Assembly: GCA_035533875.1 (NCBI GenBank)
Contig: DATLSZ010000029.1
Location: 31,636 to 95,635 of the forward strand
From: Candidatus Acidiferrales bacterium
GTDB taxonomy: Bacteria > Patescibacteriota > Microgenomatia > Levybacterales > UBA12049
DNA length: 64,000 bases
Direction of reading: 5' to 3'
Part shown: piece after piece, positions 37,109 through 47,632 of the stretch
Position numbering within the stretch: position 1 is the stretch's first letter
Layout of the letters: the number at the start of each line of letters is the position of its first letter
Translations under genes and position numbers: made by a program
Notes under the pieces: model-generated
Databases searched by the model: none
Told to the model about the DNA's origin: nothing
Seen by the model: the letters and a program-made list of their open reading frames with translations, nothing else

Positions 37109-37116
37109 AGGGAAGT

Positions 37117-39258
37117 ATGGACGGTAACCAAGTACCAGATTTTCTCAAACCTGTTTCACCCGTTGAAGCGTTGAAGAAATTTACTGTTAATCTAACGGAT
37201 TCTGCAAGACAACACAAGATAGATCCTATCGTTGGTCGTGAGGTTGAAATCCGCCGCGTCATGGAGATTTTGTCACGGCGTACAAAGAACAATCCGGTTC
37301 TTATCGGCGATCCTGGTGTCGGAAAGACTGCAATTGTTGAAGGACTCGCGCAAAAAATTGTTGAAAACGCCGTTCCAACGCCGCTCCGCGATAAAGAAGT
37401 TATTGTCTTGGATTTTGCATTATTGCTTGCTGGTGCAAAGTTCCGTGGTGAATTTGAGGAGCGGCTCAAAGGCGTTATCAAAGCCGTTGAAGAAGCAAAC
37501 GGCAAATATATCATGTTTATTGATGAGCTTCATACATTGGTAGGAGGGGGAGCCGCAGAAGGGTCCAGTGACGCCGCCAATATCCTCAAACCGGCACTCG
37601 CTCGCGGAACGCTTCGGATGATCGGTGCCACAACAGTCAATGAATACCGCAAATATATTGAAAAAGATCCGGCACTCGCCCGCCGTTTTCAGCAAGTTCT
37701 TATTGATGAGCCGACAATTGAAGATACCATTTCAATTCTTCGCGGTATCAAAGAAAAATATGAGCTGCATCATGGGATTCGTATCACAGACAATGCTCTC
37801 ATTGCAGCTGCCAAATTATCCGCGCAGTATATCCCCCAGCGTTTTCTTCCGGACAAAGCGATTGATCTTATTGATGAGGCAGCTGCAGCGATAAAAATAG
37901 AAACCGAAAGTATGCCGGCAGAACTTGATGAATTAAAACGCAGGATCATGCAGCTTGAGATCGAATTGGCAGCGCTCAAACGAGAAAAGACTGAGATTGC
38001 CAAGTCACGTAAAAAACAGCAGGAAGAGCATCTGGAAAAGTTAAAAAAAGAAGCATCAGTAATTGAAGAACGCTGGAACAAACAAAAGGTTCTTATTCAG
38101 AAAATCCAGGAGATCCGGGCCAAGATCGATGGCTATCGAATTGAGCTTGAAAAGGCTGAAAGGAATGTCGATCTGCAAAGAGCTGCAGAGATCAAATACG
38201 GCAAGATCCCCGAGTTTGAGAAAAAGTTGCAGGAACAAGACGCCATCTGGAAAAAAATTCCTACGGAAGAACGGGTTCTCCGGGAAGAAGTTGATGAAGA
38301 TGATATTGCTCGTGTTGTCTCCCGCTGGACCGGCATTCCGGCAACCCGCATTCTGTCAACAGAATCAGAACGACTTCTCCGGCTTGAAGAAGAACTCAAG
38401 TCATATGTTGTTGGTCAGGATGAAGCTGTCAGTGTTGTTTCGCGTGCGATCAGGAGGTCTAGATCAGGTTTGGGCAGTAAAGACAAGCCAATCGGATCCT
38501 TTCTTTTCTTAGGTCCTACCGGTGTTGGTAAGACTGAAACTGCCAAGGCGCTCGCCCGTATTTTATTCAGTGATGATCACGCGATAACTAGGATCGATAT
38601 GAGTGAATATATGGAGTCCCATGCGGTTGCACGTCTGATCGGTGCGCCTCCGGGCTATGTCGGGTACGAAGAAGGCGGGCAGCTGACCGAAGCTGTAAAG
38701 CGTCGTCCCTACTCTGTTATCCTTTTTGATGAGATCGAGAAAGCTCATCCGCAGGTCTTTAATATCTTTCTGCAGATTTTTGATGAAGGACGGCTTACCG
38801 ACAGCAAAGGTGTGACAGTGGATTTTCGCAATACGATCATTATTATGACCAGCAATTTGGGTGGCGACGTGATTCGCGATGCGAAAAATAAGCAAACAGC
38901 TGAAAAAGAAGTTTGGGAACTGTTGCACGGACATTTCAAACCTGAATTTCTCAACCGGCTTGATTCGGTCGTGATTTACAATCCCCTCTCCCCTAAAGAA
39001 TTGGTCCGGATTGCGGAGCAGCAGCTTGAGAAGGTTCAGGAACGGATGGCAGAGAATGGTGTTTCATTAACGATTACCGATGATCTCTCAATGTATTTTG
39101 CAGAAGTCGGTTATGATCCGGTCTTTGGCGCACGGCCGCTCAGACGCGCGATTGAAGAGAAACTGGTGGATGAGATCGCAACGAGAATCATCGAAGGAAC
39201 CGTCAAGCCCGGCGACACCATCGAGCCGAAGGTGAAGGATGGGAAGATTGTGTTATAA
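37117..39258 (+). CDS. clpB: ClpB-type AAA+ disaggregase lacking the N-terminal Clp_N domain
   Basis: Two AAA+ modules (GDPGVGKT and GPTGVGKT) and a long coiled-coil M-domain between them. Only about 28 aa precede the conserved [13 protein letters not shown]. Confidence 0.88.
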   Translation: MDGNQVPDFLKPVSPVEALKKFTVNLTDSARQHKIDPIVGREVEIRRVMEILSRRTKNNPVLIGDPGVGKTAIVEGLAQKIVENAVPTPLRDKEVIVLDFALLLAGAKFRGEFEERLKGVIKAVEEANGKYIMFIDELHTLVGGGAAEGSSDAANILKPALARGTLRMIGATTVNEYRKYIEKDPALARRFQQVLIDEPTIEDTISILRGIKEKYELHHGIRITDNALIAAAKLSAQYIPQRFLPDKAIDLIDEAAAAIKIETESMPAELDELKRRIMQLEIELAALKREKTEIAKSRKKQQEEHLEKLKKEASVIEERWNKQKVLIQKIQEIRAKIDGYRIELEKAERNVDLQRAAEIKYGKIPEFEKKLQEQDAIWKKIPTEERVLREEVDEDDIARVVSRWTGIPATRILSTESERLLRLEEELKSYVVGQDEAVSVVSRAIRRSRSGLGSKDKPIGSFLFLGPTGVGKTETAKALARILFSDDHAITRIDMSEYMESHAVARLIGAPPGYVGYEEGGQLTEAVKRRPYSVILFDEIEKAHPQVFNIFLQIFDEGRLTDSKGVTVDFRNTIIIMTSNLGGDVIRDAKNKQTAEKEVWELLHGHFKPEFLNRLDSVVIYNPLSPKELVRIAEQQLEKVQERMAENGVSLTITDDLSMYFAEVGYDPVFGARPLRRAIEEKLVDEIATRIIEGTVKPGDTIEPKVKDGKIVL

Positions 39259-39265
39259 TTTGTGT

Positions 39266-39841
39266 ATGAGTATAGACGACGGTGAAGGCTTACCAATTCC
39301 TATTGGAGATCCACATCATACAAAGGAAGAACCTCCTGTAACTGAAGATACAAAAAGGGATTTAGTAAAAGTTTTGGACGATTGGTGTACTATTGCCGGT
39401 AATCCACTTCCATCTTTAATTGCAGGTATAGATAATGGAAAAGATGTTCGATATGTACCTTTATCTGCTGTTGAAGACAGAATACCATTAGAAATAGAGG
39501 TATTCAATATGCCGGAAGGAACTTCTGATAACCCAAATCTCCGTTGGGCAGTTGTCCTTGATGATAATACAGGGCTTTTAAGACAATTTTTCGTAAATGA
39601 AATTCCTGACGGGCTTGATCTGGAATATCACGAGCGTAAACATGAAGAAGCAGATCAGCTGGATGTAGAATTAGCCGTAATGACAGAAGACGGAGCATTT
39701 TTTGATGAAAAATATACAGAAGGACAAGCAAAACAACAGCAAGATCGGGAGCAGGATAGAGCTCGTACATCCGATACGAAAGTAAAAAAACTAATCGGTG
39801 TTCTTAGATCTGCAGAAAAACGAGAAATGTCAGAGGAATAA
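39266..39841 (+). CDS. acidic hypothetical protein
   Basis: The ORF follows clpB and has no recognisable motif. The start is chosen at MSIDDGEG. Confidence 0.4.
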   Translation: MSIDDGEGLPIPIGDPHHTKEEPPVTEDTKRDLVKVLDDWCTIAGNPLPSLIAGIDNGKDVRYVPLSAVEDRIPLEIEVFNMPEGTSDNPNLRWAVVLDDNTGLLRQFFVNEIPDGLDLEYHERKHEEADQLDVELAVMTEDGAFFDEKYTEGQAKQQQDREQDRARTSDTKVKKLIGVLRSAEKREMSEE

Positions 39842-39873
39842 AAAAAAGAAAAGCAATAAAAATAATGGCGAAT

Positions 39874-40935
39874 TTACGTTATCGGATTGGGGTGTTCTTT
39901 GTGGATTGCTTCTATTTCTTGTAATACCTCATCAGAAAGCTTTATATCAATACTCCCGATATCTGCTTTCAGCTGCTCAACAGATGTTGCTCCAATGATG
40001 ACGCTTGTCACAAATTCACGGGACGCTGCAAATGAGATCGCCATTTGCGCGGGATCAAGTCCGTGCTTCTTGGCCAGCTCAACATATTTCTTTATGACAG
40101 GCTGTGCATGTGCTGGATTGTAACGTGCACCGTTTCTTTGATAATAATTTTTATAGGTATAACGGGATCCCGGAGGGAATTCCCCACTGAGATATTTGCC
40201 GCTGAGTACGCCCATAGATAATGGTGAATAGACGAGCAAACTAATTTTTTCTTTTATGCTTATTTCTGCAAGCGCGGTCTCAAATTCCCGCATAATCAAA
40301 CTATACGGATTTTGGATGCTTTGTATTTTTGGCAGTTTTTTTTCTCGGGATAATTGTAGATACTCCATAATCCCCCACGCTGTTTCATTGGATACTCCGA
40401 CATGTCGGATCTTCCCCTCTTGGATAAGCTCTTGCATCACAGATAATGTTTCTTCAATCGGAACCGATTTATTTTTGGGATCATGGACATATCCCCTTCT
40501 GCCAAAGTAATTGGTATTGCGATCCGGCCAATGGAGCTGGTAAAGATCGATATAGTCTGTTTGCAGGCGGCGGAGAGATCCCTCGATACCCTTTCGTATA
40601 TTTTTCTTATCAAAACAAGGTGTTTCCCCGTTTCTTATATAAGAAAGACCAGGATCACGCCCGACGACTTTGGAAGCAATAATCAGATCATCGCGCTTTT
40701 TCCGTTTTCGCAACCAGGTGCCGATGTATGTTTCCGTTCTTCCCTGTGAGTCTGCATTTGGCGGTATGGGATAAATTTCCGCGGTATCGATGAAGTTGAC
40801 GTTTTGACTGATAGAGTAATCCAGCTGTTGATGCGCATCTTTTTCGGTGTTCTGTTCTCCCCAATTCATGGATCCGAGACAAATGACTGAGACTTCAAGA
40901 TCAGTTGTTCCGAGTTTGCGGTATATCATGTGCAA
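39874..40935 (-). CDS. aldo/keto reductase (Tas-like NADP(H)-dependent oxidoreductase)
   Basis: AKR signature region (GTTDLEVSVICLGSMNWG, IDTAEIY) and a conserved C-terminus. Confidence 0.85.
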   Translation of the reverse strand: MHMIYRKLGTTDLEVSVICLGSMNWGEQNTEKDAHQQLDYSISQNVNFIDTAEIYPIPPNADSQGRTETYIGTWLRKRKKRDDLIIASKVVGRDPGLSYIRNGETPCFDKKNIRKGIEGSLRRLQTDYIDLYQLHWPDRNTNYFGRRGYVHDPKNKSVPIEETLSVMQELIQEGKIRHVGVSNETAWGIMEYLQLSREKKLPKIQSIQNPYSLIMREFETALAEISIKEKISLLVYSPLSMGVLSGKYLSGEFPPGSRYTYKNYYQRNGARYNPAHAQPVIKKYVELAKKHGLDPAQMAISFAASREFVTSVIIGATSVEQLKADIGSIDIKLSDEVLQEIEAIHKEHPNPIT

Positions 40936-40979
40936 CTCATTCTAGCAAATATGGTAGAATTAAAAAATATTATAACCGA

Positions 40980-41621
40980 ATGAAAGAAGAAATTTGTAAG
41001 AACTGCGGACACACATTGGAAAAACGAGCGACCAAACGCACTGTCGCACAGCTTCAAAAGCCTTATTATTATACGGCATATTACTATTGCCCCAGCTGCA
41101 GCAAACTCTATCATGATGAGAAGTTTAAGGTAGTAAATGAAGGAGTATCAAGAGTAGCAAAAGTATCAAGAGTATCAGAGGCTTTGCATATGTTTGATTC
41201 ACGTGAAGGTTCTTCTTATGATGCGGAAATCTGGACAGATGGAGCGTGTGTCTCTAACGGTACACCTCGTGCGAAAGCAGCTTGGGCGTTTGTTTCAGGG
41301 AAAACAGAACAGGCGGGCAGAGTTGAAGGCAAACAGACCAATAATGTTGCCGAAGGGTTGGCAATCTATCATGCTCTTTTGTGGGCTGCGGAAAAAGGAT
41401 ATAAAAAAATAGCATTGCATACCGATAGTCAGATCTCACTGCATAATCTAAATAAGCCTGCCAGTAAAGTGAAGGTGAACCGGGAGATTTTTGAAGATAT
41501 TGAAAAGATAATCGCGGCGAATCAATTGGAAGTTGATTATAAAAAAGTCCTCGGTCATTCAGGTGATCCAAACAATGAGCGGGCGGATGCGTTGGCAAAT
41601 AGGCTTGCTTCTACTGATTAA
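40980..41621 (+). CDS. rnhA: ribonuclease HI with N-terminal Zn-ribbon (CxxC...CxxC) and an in-frame 9-bp-repeat linker
   Basis: RNase H catalytic residues in IWTDGAC, the region NNVAEGLAIYHAL, and HSGDPNNERADALA. An N-terminal CKNCGH...CPSC is present. The start is taken at MKEEICK. Confidence 0.7.
   Translation: MKEEICKNCGHTLEKRATKRTVAQLQKPYYYTAYYYCPSCSKLYHDEKFKVVNEGVSRVAKVSRVSEALHMFDSREGSSYDAEIWTDGACVSNGTPRAKAAWAFVSGKTEQAGRVEGKQTNNVAEGLAIYHALLWAAEKGYKKIALHTDSQISLHNLNKPASKVKVNREIFEDIEKIIAANQLEVDYKKVLGHSGDPNNERADALANRLASTD
41142..41180. repeat. tandem 9-bp repeat (GTATCAAGA-like) inside the rnhA-fusion CDS, same family as 27887-27926
   Basis: GTATCAAGAGTAGCAAAAGTATCAAGAGTATCAGAGG, which encodes the linker VSRVAKVSRVSE. 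Confidence 0.65.
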
Positions 41622-43328
41622 TTACTGCCCGAGATTAATATTCACTGGAAGATTTTGCTGCAGACGGCTATAAAAGATGGCATATTGTTGATCGGGATAG
41701 ATACGATATGCTTGTGCTGCCGCATCAATCGCTTTCTGATGATCGTTTGCTTTGTAATATGCGTAGGCCAAAAGAATAGAGAGCGTATGGCTTGTCGGAA
41801 GCTTCTTCAGCGCTTGATCGGCCAATATTGTTACAGCAGCGTGAGGATGGCCTGTCCGCAATTGTATTGCCGCTAGATTGATATAATATTGTTGCAGGTC
41901 TCCAGCGTATTGTTCTGTCTCATCCGGTCCGATGAGAGTTATAGCCTTTTGATATTCATTCGTTGCAGGACCAAATTGTTTCTGTGCATAGTAAATGTTG
42001 GCAAGATGCCCAATGGTTACAATTTGCGGTGAAAGAGCTATTGATTGTTTATCATAGCGAAGTGCATCAGTGGTATCCCCCTCTCGAAAAAGTGCCATTG
42101 CCAGATCGTCCATGATTATATAATTATCTTTCTGGTCAGCAAGATCATGCATATTTATCATGACGTCATCATGCCAATCAAATGTCCGCACAAAAGTCCG
42201 AAGCGATAATACGATTATTATTATAATTGCCCCAATGGAGAGATAGCGTTTGTTTATTTTTACTGTTACTGCAAGGACTCCCAACATCCCGAGCACACCG
42301 ATCAGTGGTACATAAAACCACCTGTCAGCAACAGTCATCTCCAAAGGAATAATTTGCAGGATCGGCAGCAAATTAATAAGATACCATACGAAAAAGAAAA
42401 CAAATGCTGTGTAATAAGCTGAATGCTGCTTTTTCATTTTGAATAGCACAATGAGGACACCTGCGCCAAGTAAGAGACAAATGAAAAACGGGACAAGAAA
42501 ATTTATTGATGCGACAGATGTAACAACCCATATCTGGTAGATAGAAAGCTTGAGTGGGAAGATAACTGTTTGTAGATAATATATGATAATTGCGGGAATG
42601 TTCAGGATACGTAGTGGAAGTGAGACATTCGCGATTGGCACCCAGCTGTAGATGTTATTAAACGAGAGACTGTTAATCACTCTCAACAAAGAATATATCA
42701 GGATGACTCCTCCTCCGATAACAATAAACGTTTTCAGTTTGTTTACTTTATAAAGATATCGGTAGGTGAGGATAAGAAGAAAAACCAATGCTCCCGTCTC
42801 TTTTGTCATTATGCCTAGCATGAGTAATAATGCGATCCCAAATAATCGTTTGCTTGAAAGATGCTTGGCAGTCGAGAGCAAGAACGCAGTGAGCGCAAAA
42901 AAGAGGGAAAGTTCACTTGCAATGGATGAGATAAAAGCGACCGATTCGACGTTGATCGGATGGGCAAGAAACAGTAATGATAAGATAAAAGACGTTCTTT
43001 TTCCAAAGAATAACCTGAACAGCACAAAGACAAGATATGCATCAATACAATGCAGCAGCAGTTGGAGAAAATGATAGAAAAATGCGTTTTGTCCAAAGAT
43101 TGCATAGAGAAGTGCAAAATATGTTGCCGGTATCGGTCGGTAAAAAGGGATGGTGTTAAAAATATTAGGACCAAATGCGGTGACCAGATTGAACGTGTGC
43201 ACTTGGGGATTGAGCAGAATGAATGCAATATCATCCCAGACAAATCCATTGAAAAAAATTGGGAAGTAGACGATGATGCCAATCAGGAGGATGAGAAAGA
43301 AGTAGTTTCGGTTTTTTGCACTGAACAT
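41622..43328 (-). CDS. TMTC-like polytopic membrane/TPR protein (third paralog)
   Basis: NGFVWDDIAFILLNPQV motif, multi-TM N-terminus and C-terminal TPRs. Confidence 0.7.
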   Translation of the reverse strand: MFSAKNRNYFFLILLIGIIVYFPIFFNGFVWDDIAFILLNPQVHTFNLVTAFGPNIFNTIPFYRPIPATYFALLYAIFGQNAFFYHFLQLLLHCIDAYLVFVLFRLFFGKRTSFILSLLFLAHPINVESVAFISSIASELSLFFALTAFLLSTAKHLSSKRLFGIALLLMLGIMTKETGALVFLLILTYRYLYKVNKLKTFIVIGGGVILIYSLLRVINSLSFNNIYSWVPIANVSLPLRILNIPAIIIYYLQTVIFPLKLSIYQIWVVTSVASINFLVPFFICLLLGAGVLIVLFKMKKQHSAYYTAFVFFFVWYLINLLPILQIIPLEMTVADRWFYVPLIGVLGMLGVLAVTVKINKRYLSIGAIIIIIVLSLRTFVRTFDWHDDVMINMHDLADQKDNYIIMDDLAMALFREGDTTDALRYDKQSIALSPQIVTIGHLANIYYAQKQFGPATNEYQKAITLIGPDETEQYAGDLQQYYINLAAIQLRTGHPHAAVTILADQALKKLPTSHTLSILLAYAYYKANDHQKAIDAAAQAYRIYPDQQYAIFYSRLQQNLPVNINLGQ

Positions 43329-43330
43329 GA

Positions 43331-44065
43331 TTATGAATGATTGTCTTCAAGGATTTTTTTTGCGGTTTTTTTCAGTGACTCCTCTGTTTCTTTTTGGTAC
43401 TCTTGATACAAATACCAGATGCAAAAGATAGTAATAAAAAGAAGTGTGTAGGAGAAAAGAAAAACAATTGTTGCTGACAAACTTTTGATAATCCCCTCCC
43501 CTGTCGTTGTCAGCGAATAGAGAAAAAATCCGATGAGCGCAAAGGGGAGTAAGAGCAGATATCCATGGACCCAATCATTCTTGCTGTGATGCCGATAACG
43601 TCTGGGGACGTGTCTGAAGATATGGGTAAATTCTTTGGGTACATAGAGTGTATAGATAATAAATCCGGTAAAGAAGATGAGACCAAGCAGGGTATTGATA
43701 ACTGCAGTAACTAATCCTTCGACAAAAAAACTCCAAAGGAAAATAAAACTCATCAGTATGGCACCGCTGGCCAGGATGATAGTCCGGAGTTCTTTTTTTG
43801 CCAATTTGCGTGTTTTGGGTACAAAGGATTTGTGCAGCCAATGCTTTGCTTCTTGTTCTTCCTGCATGTAGCGAACTGCGCGTTTGAGACTTTCGTCATT
43901 CTCTTTTTGTATCTCTTTATACAGGTACCAGCTGACAATGAGCATCAAAAGCAGCATGGGGAAGAGGAACACAAATGACGTGCTATTTTGCATTGTTAAC
44001 AGGAGAAGCGCAATGATGATAAAGGCGATTGCAGTGAGACGGGCTTTATGCAATTGATCCAGCAT
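43331..44065 (-). CDS. membrane protein with internal tandem duplication
   Basis: Two similar halves, each with a 2-TM hairpin followed by a LYKEIQKENDESLKR / LYQEYQKETEESLKK-type helix. Confidence 0.45.
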   Translation of the reverse strand: MLDQLHKARLTAIAFIIIALLLLTMQNSTSFVFLFPMLLLMLIVSWYLYKEIQKENDESLKRAVRYMQEEQEAKHWLHKSFVPKTRKLAKKELRTIILASGAILMSFIFLWSFFVEGLVTAVINTLLGLIFFTGFIIYTLYVPKEFTHIFRHVPRRYRHHSKNDWVHGYLLLLPFALIGFFLYSLTTTGEGIIKSLSATIVFLFSYTLLFITIFCIWYLYQEYQKETEESLKKTAKKILEDNHS

Positions 44066-44274
44066 ATTTTTATTATACCTCTCTCATCGTATTATGTCTT
44101 GCAATCAGTTTGGGAAATAACTTGTTTTATAATGTGCGGGTCCTGTCCCGGGCTCCTCCCGTCAGTGCACCCGCATTAATCTATAGCGAAAAAAGTTATT
44201 CCTCGTTCACTTTTTTCTGTTTTATTTTTTATGAACAGCTTGCATTTCTTTTGATAAAGCGTTATATTATTTTT

Positions 44275-44688
44275 ATGTTTGTTGTTTCCTCGTTATTCCT
44301 AAAATTGCTTCCTACCCAGACCGCCTATGCTCATTGTGATCTTCCTTGCGGTGTCTATGATCCGGCACAAGCGAGAATTGAGGCGGAAAGCGTAATGAAG
44401 ATCATGGAGAAGTATTCGGGTTTTCATGAAGATGAACAGAAATGGCGTGCTATCTTTATTAAGGAAGAGCGTGCAGAACTAGTAAAGCATCATCTGTGGG
44501 TATTGTGGACTGATTATTTCAAGCCCGAGCATCTGGAAAAGTTTCCTAATCTGCATGACCTTTTTTGGCGAGCAACCAAAGCTGCAGGCCAAGCAAAAAA
44601 GTCGGTTGACCCTGCAGATGGACAAAAGCTCTTGGATCTCATCGCCGAGATTACAGAGATTTTTAATAAGACAAAACAAGTTAAATAA
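44275..44688 (+). CDS. sodN: nickel superoxide dismutase precursor (Ni-hook HCDLPCGVYDP)
   Basis: Exact Ni-hook motif His-Cys-Asp-Leu-Pro-Cys-Gly-Val-Tyr preceded by a 20-aa pro-peptide. The precursor is about 137 aa, as in Streptomyces SodN. Confidence 0.85.
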   Translation: MFVVSSLFLKLLPTQTAYAHCDLPCGVYDPAQARIEAESVMKIMEKYSGFHEDEQKWRAIFIKEERAELVKHHLWVLWTDYFKPEHLEKFPNLHDLFWRATKAAGQAKKSVDPADGQKLLDLIAEITEIFNKTKQVK

Positions 44689-44767
44689 TTACGTCATTGC
44701 ATGGTCTCGCAATGGCGAAGCAGTCCCCAACGTTATGAGATTGCCGCGCTCCTTTCAGTCGCTCGCA

Positions 44768-45103
44768 ATGACGAATGTTATACAAAAGAAAATTTTAAAA
44801 GTACTACTTTATTTCTCTCCTCTTTATAAATATAAAATTTCCGGTGACAGTATGTCTCCTACCCTTCATAATGGACAAATTGTTTTGGTTAACAGGTTCA
44901 TCTATCTGTTTGCAGCTCCAAAAAAAAATGACATTATTGCAGTTCGGGATCCTCGAGATGGCAAAGTCTTGATCAAGCGGATTAAAAAGATTGAAGACAA
45001 GCGATATTTTGTGTTGGGAGATAACAAAAAAGCCAGTACGGACAGCAGAGTTTTTGGTATGATAGAAAGACAAGATATTGTGGGAAAAGTATGGTTGTCT
45101 TAA
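44768..45103 (+). CDS. sodX: S26 signal-peptidase-like NiSOD maturation protease
   Basis: Catalytic Ser motif GDSMSPTL and a lysine region. It is short (111 aa) and lies immediately downstream of sodN. Confidence 0.65.
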   Translation: MTNVIQKKILKVLLYFSPLYKYKISGDSMSPTLHNGQIVLVNRFIYLFAAPKKNDIIAVRDPRDGKVLIKRIKKIEDKRYFVLGDNKKASTDSRVFGMIERQDIVGKVWLS

Positions 45104-45630
45104 TTCTCTGTTTGCTTGTTATTGTTATTCTACTGTTTCTTCTTTCCATGCTCTGGCCGCCGGATAGTCCGTGGTCGCCTTGGTGGCGGACTACGCCAAA
45201 GCTCGCACGGGTTGAATGTGATCTTGCCAAAGTAAAGAAAGGAGATGTCATTTATGATCTCGGGTCGGGTGAAGGAATTGCGCTTATTACCGCAGCAAAG
45301 GAATACGGAGCGCGGGGAGTAGGGATTGAGATTGACCCGCTCAGAGTGTTTATTGCAAAAATCAGGATTAAACTTGCGGGAGTTGCGGACAAAATTGAAA
45401 TCAGACGGGATAATTTTTGGAATCAGGATATTTCGGAGGCGACTGTTATTTTTATGTATCTAATCCCCAGAACGCTAATCAAGCTTCGTCCAAAGTTTCT
45501 TAAGGAATTAAAACCAGGTACCCGAGTCGTGACCTTTGTCTACAAGATGGATCTGCCCATGATCGCAAAGGATGATGCAGCAGAGCTGTATGTGTACGAA
45601 ATACCGAAGAAGAATAAGATTGGAGATTAA
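45091..45630 (+). CDS. membrane-anchored class I SAM-dependent methyltransferase
   Basis: N-terminal TM helix followed by the SAM-binding motif VIYDLGSGEG. Confidence 0.55.
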   Translation: MVVLILCLLVIVILLFLLSMLWPPDSPWSPWWRTTPKLARVECDLAKVKKGDVIYDLGSGEGIALITAAKEYGARGVGIEIDPLRVFIAKIRIKLAGVADKIEIRRDNFWNQDISEATVIFMYLIPRTLIKLRPKFLKELKPGTRVVTFVYKMDLPMIAKDDAAELYVYEIPKKNKIGD

Positions 45631-45649
45631 GGATTTAAGATTAAAGAGG

Positions 45650-46660
45650 TTATTTTTTCATCCTCAAATACAGCCACCTCAGTTTGTCTGCAACTTTGAA
45701 CCCTTGATACAGGACAGGATTGATAACCAGGTCATAGCTGCCGATAAATTCAGTATGCTCCGGTCCGAATTTTCGTTTGAAATCATGGAATCCATACCAC
45801 GGGTCTTTAGTATCAGGTTCTCCACCAAGTGCGCCCCACATATCAAATTTTTTTAGACCCAATTTTTTCCCAAACCGGATTCCTTCCCACATCGCGAGAT
45901 TGGAGTGCATCACATTGCGGTGCTGATTGCTTGAAGCACCATAGGGATAATAGAGTGTGTCATGGAAGACAAAAAAGAGAAGAGCTGTCAGTACTTTGCC
46001 CTCATACGTTGCAGTGAAAAGGTGAGAACTAAGCTTGTTCGTATCAGTATCATGTGCAAACGTTTGAAATTGCAATTCGTGATAGTGTTTGGTGTGTGCG
46101 TAAAAGCCTTGCCTTAGGGTTGTTTCCTTAGTGAGTCTCCAATAGTCTTCAAACACTTTGTCGGAATTATCCTCGGCTACTTGCACTTTATGTCTCATTG
46201 CGACTTTGATATTGTATCGCCCTTTCGGATGCATATCTTTTAATAATTCGTCTTCGGATTTGGTAAGATCCAGGACAAAGGTGTATTTGGTGAATAAGGG
46301 ATGAGCAGCAGGTTGGAGTTTTAAGCTCTTGATTTTTGTTTCTTCGTGCTTCGTCACATTTGGCTCCAGCTGGATAAATATGCAGTTTTCTTCTTTGCCA
46401 ATTTTTCGCAGCTCTTGGATAAGTTCTGTATCCGGCATGTCCCCTTTCGGGAGGTAGCCTATCGTAAAATTAGTTTTTGGTATGTTATGGATAGTTAACT
46501 GAAAGCCGGATACAAGTTTGCCATTATTGAAAAAACCGCGGCGGATGACTTTGATCCCTTCTTTCTCTCGGAATTCTCCCCACTCATAACTCTGCAGCGG
46601 GTGAGTGACGGTGGTATTATACGCATCTTTTTGGTCCTGTGTAATTGGCAAGACGTTCAT
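45650..46660 (-). CDS. FemAB-family peptidoglycan interpeptide-bridge aminoacyltransferase
   Basis: [12 protein letters not shown]-terminal motif and length typical of FemX/FemAB. Confidence 0.75.
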   Translation of the reverse strand: MNVLPITQDQKDAYNTTVTHPLQSYEWGEFREKEGIKVIRRGFFNNGKLVSGFQLTIHNIPKTNFTIGYLPKGDMPDTELIQELRKIGKEENCIFIQLEPNVTKHEETKIKSLKLQPAAHPLFTKYTFVLDLTKSEDELLKDMHPKGRYNIKVAMRHKVQVAEDNSDKVFEDYWRLTKETTLRQGFYAHTKHYHELQFQTFAHDTDTNKLSSHLFTATYEGKVLTALLFFVFHDTLYYPYGASSNQHRNVMHSNLAMWEGIRFGKKLGLKKFDMWGALGGEPDTKDPWYGFHDFKRKFGPEHTEFIGSYDLVINPVLYQGFKVADKLRWLYLRMKK

Positions 46661-46723
46661 GGTTCTAGTTCTATATTAACAGATGCACTTGTTTTTATAC
46701 AGAAAGTGCGGTATAAAGGTACA

Positions 46724-47632
46724 GTGAAAAACGGAGAAAGTAAAGCTACCAAACAAACCTCCACGTGGGAAGTAAAAAAAGGACTCGCCCAGATGCTTAA
46801 AGGCGGCGTCATCATGGATGTTGTTAATGTTGAGCATGCCAAGATTGCCGAAGATGCCGGTGCGTGTGCTGTCATGGCGCTTGAACGGGTTCCCGCAGAT
46901 ATAAGGCAAGCAGGCGGCGTTGCGCGGATGTCAGATCCTGAGATGATCGAGAAGATTATGAAAGCGGTATCTATTCCGGTTATGGCAAAATGCCGGATCG
47001 GTCATTTTGTTGAAGCACAGGTTCTGCAAGCGATGGGAATTGATTATATTGATGAATCAGAAGTGCTGACTCCAGCAGATGAGGAAGCACATGTTGACAA
47101 GCATCCATTCAAAGTTCCTTTCGTCTGTGGCTGCCGCAACTTGGGTGAAGCGCTCCGCCGGATTCATGAGGGAGTGGCAATGATCCGCACCAAAGGAGAA
47201 GCTGGAACTGGCAATATCGTTGAGGCGGTACGTCATCAAAAAGCAATCACCGGCGAGATCGCGCTGCTTCGAAAAATGAGTAAAAAAGAACGGGAGAAAA
47301 AAGCTGAAGAATACCGTGCTCCGGTGGAACTTGTTGAAGAAGTAGCGTCACTCGGACGGCTGCCTGTTGTGAATTTTGCGGCCGGTGGTATCGCAACACC
47401 TGCCGATGCGGCACTGATGATGCAGCTTGGCAGTGATGGCGTCTTTGTCGGATCAGGCATTTTTAAATCTAGTGATCCGCTGAAGCGGGCAAAAGCAATT
47501 GTTATTGCGACGACACAATATAATGATCCTGAGATTATTGCCAAGGTATCAAAAGGTCTTGGTGAACCAATGCAAAGTCTTGACGTCAGGACACTTCCCG
47601 AAGAACAACTGCTCGCAAAAAGAGGATGGTAA
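46724..47632 (+). CDS. pdxS: pyridoxal 5'-phosphate synthase lyase subunit
   Basis: Near-collinear with Bacillus PdxS (GGVIMDV...[12 protein letters not shown]...[11 protein letters not shown]...[12 protein letters not shown]). A GTG start is proposed. The annotated ATG at 46601 would overlap the divergent femAB gene. Confidence 0.85.
   Translation: MKNGESKATKQTSTWEVKKGLAQMLKGGVIMDVVNVEHAKIAEDAGACAVMALERVPADIRQAGGVARMSDPEMIEKIMKAVSIPVMAKCRIGHFVEAQVLQAMGIDYIDESEVLTPADEEAHVDKHPFKVPFVCGCRNLGEALRRIHEGVAMIRTKGEAGTGNIVEAVRHQKAITGEIALLRKMSKKEREKKAEEYRAPVELVEEVASLGRLPVVNFAAGGIATPADAALMMQLGSDGVFVGSGIFKSSDPLKRAKAIVIATTQYNDPEIIAKVSKGLGEPMQSLDVRTLPEEQLLAKRGW

Noticed and set aside
46601-46723. Long N-terminal extension of pdxS starting at the ATG at 46601
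   Set aside because: It would overlap the divergent femAB start by 60 nt and add a hydrophobic 41-aa segment absent from PdxS homologs. A GTG start at 46724 gives a canonical-length PdxS.
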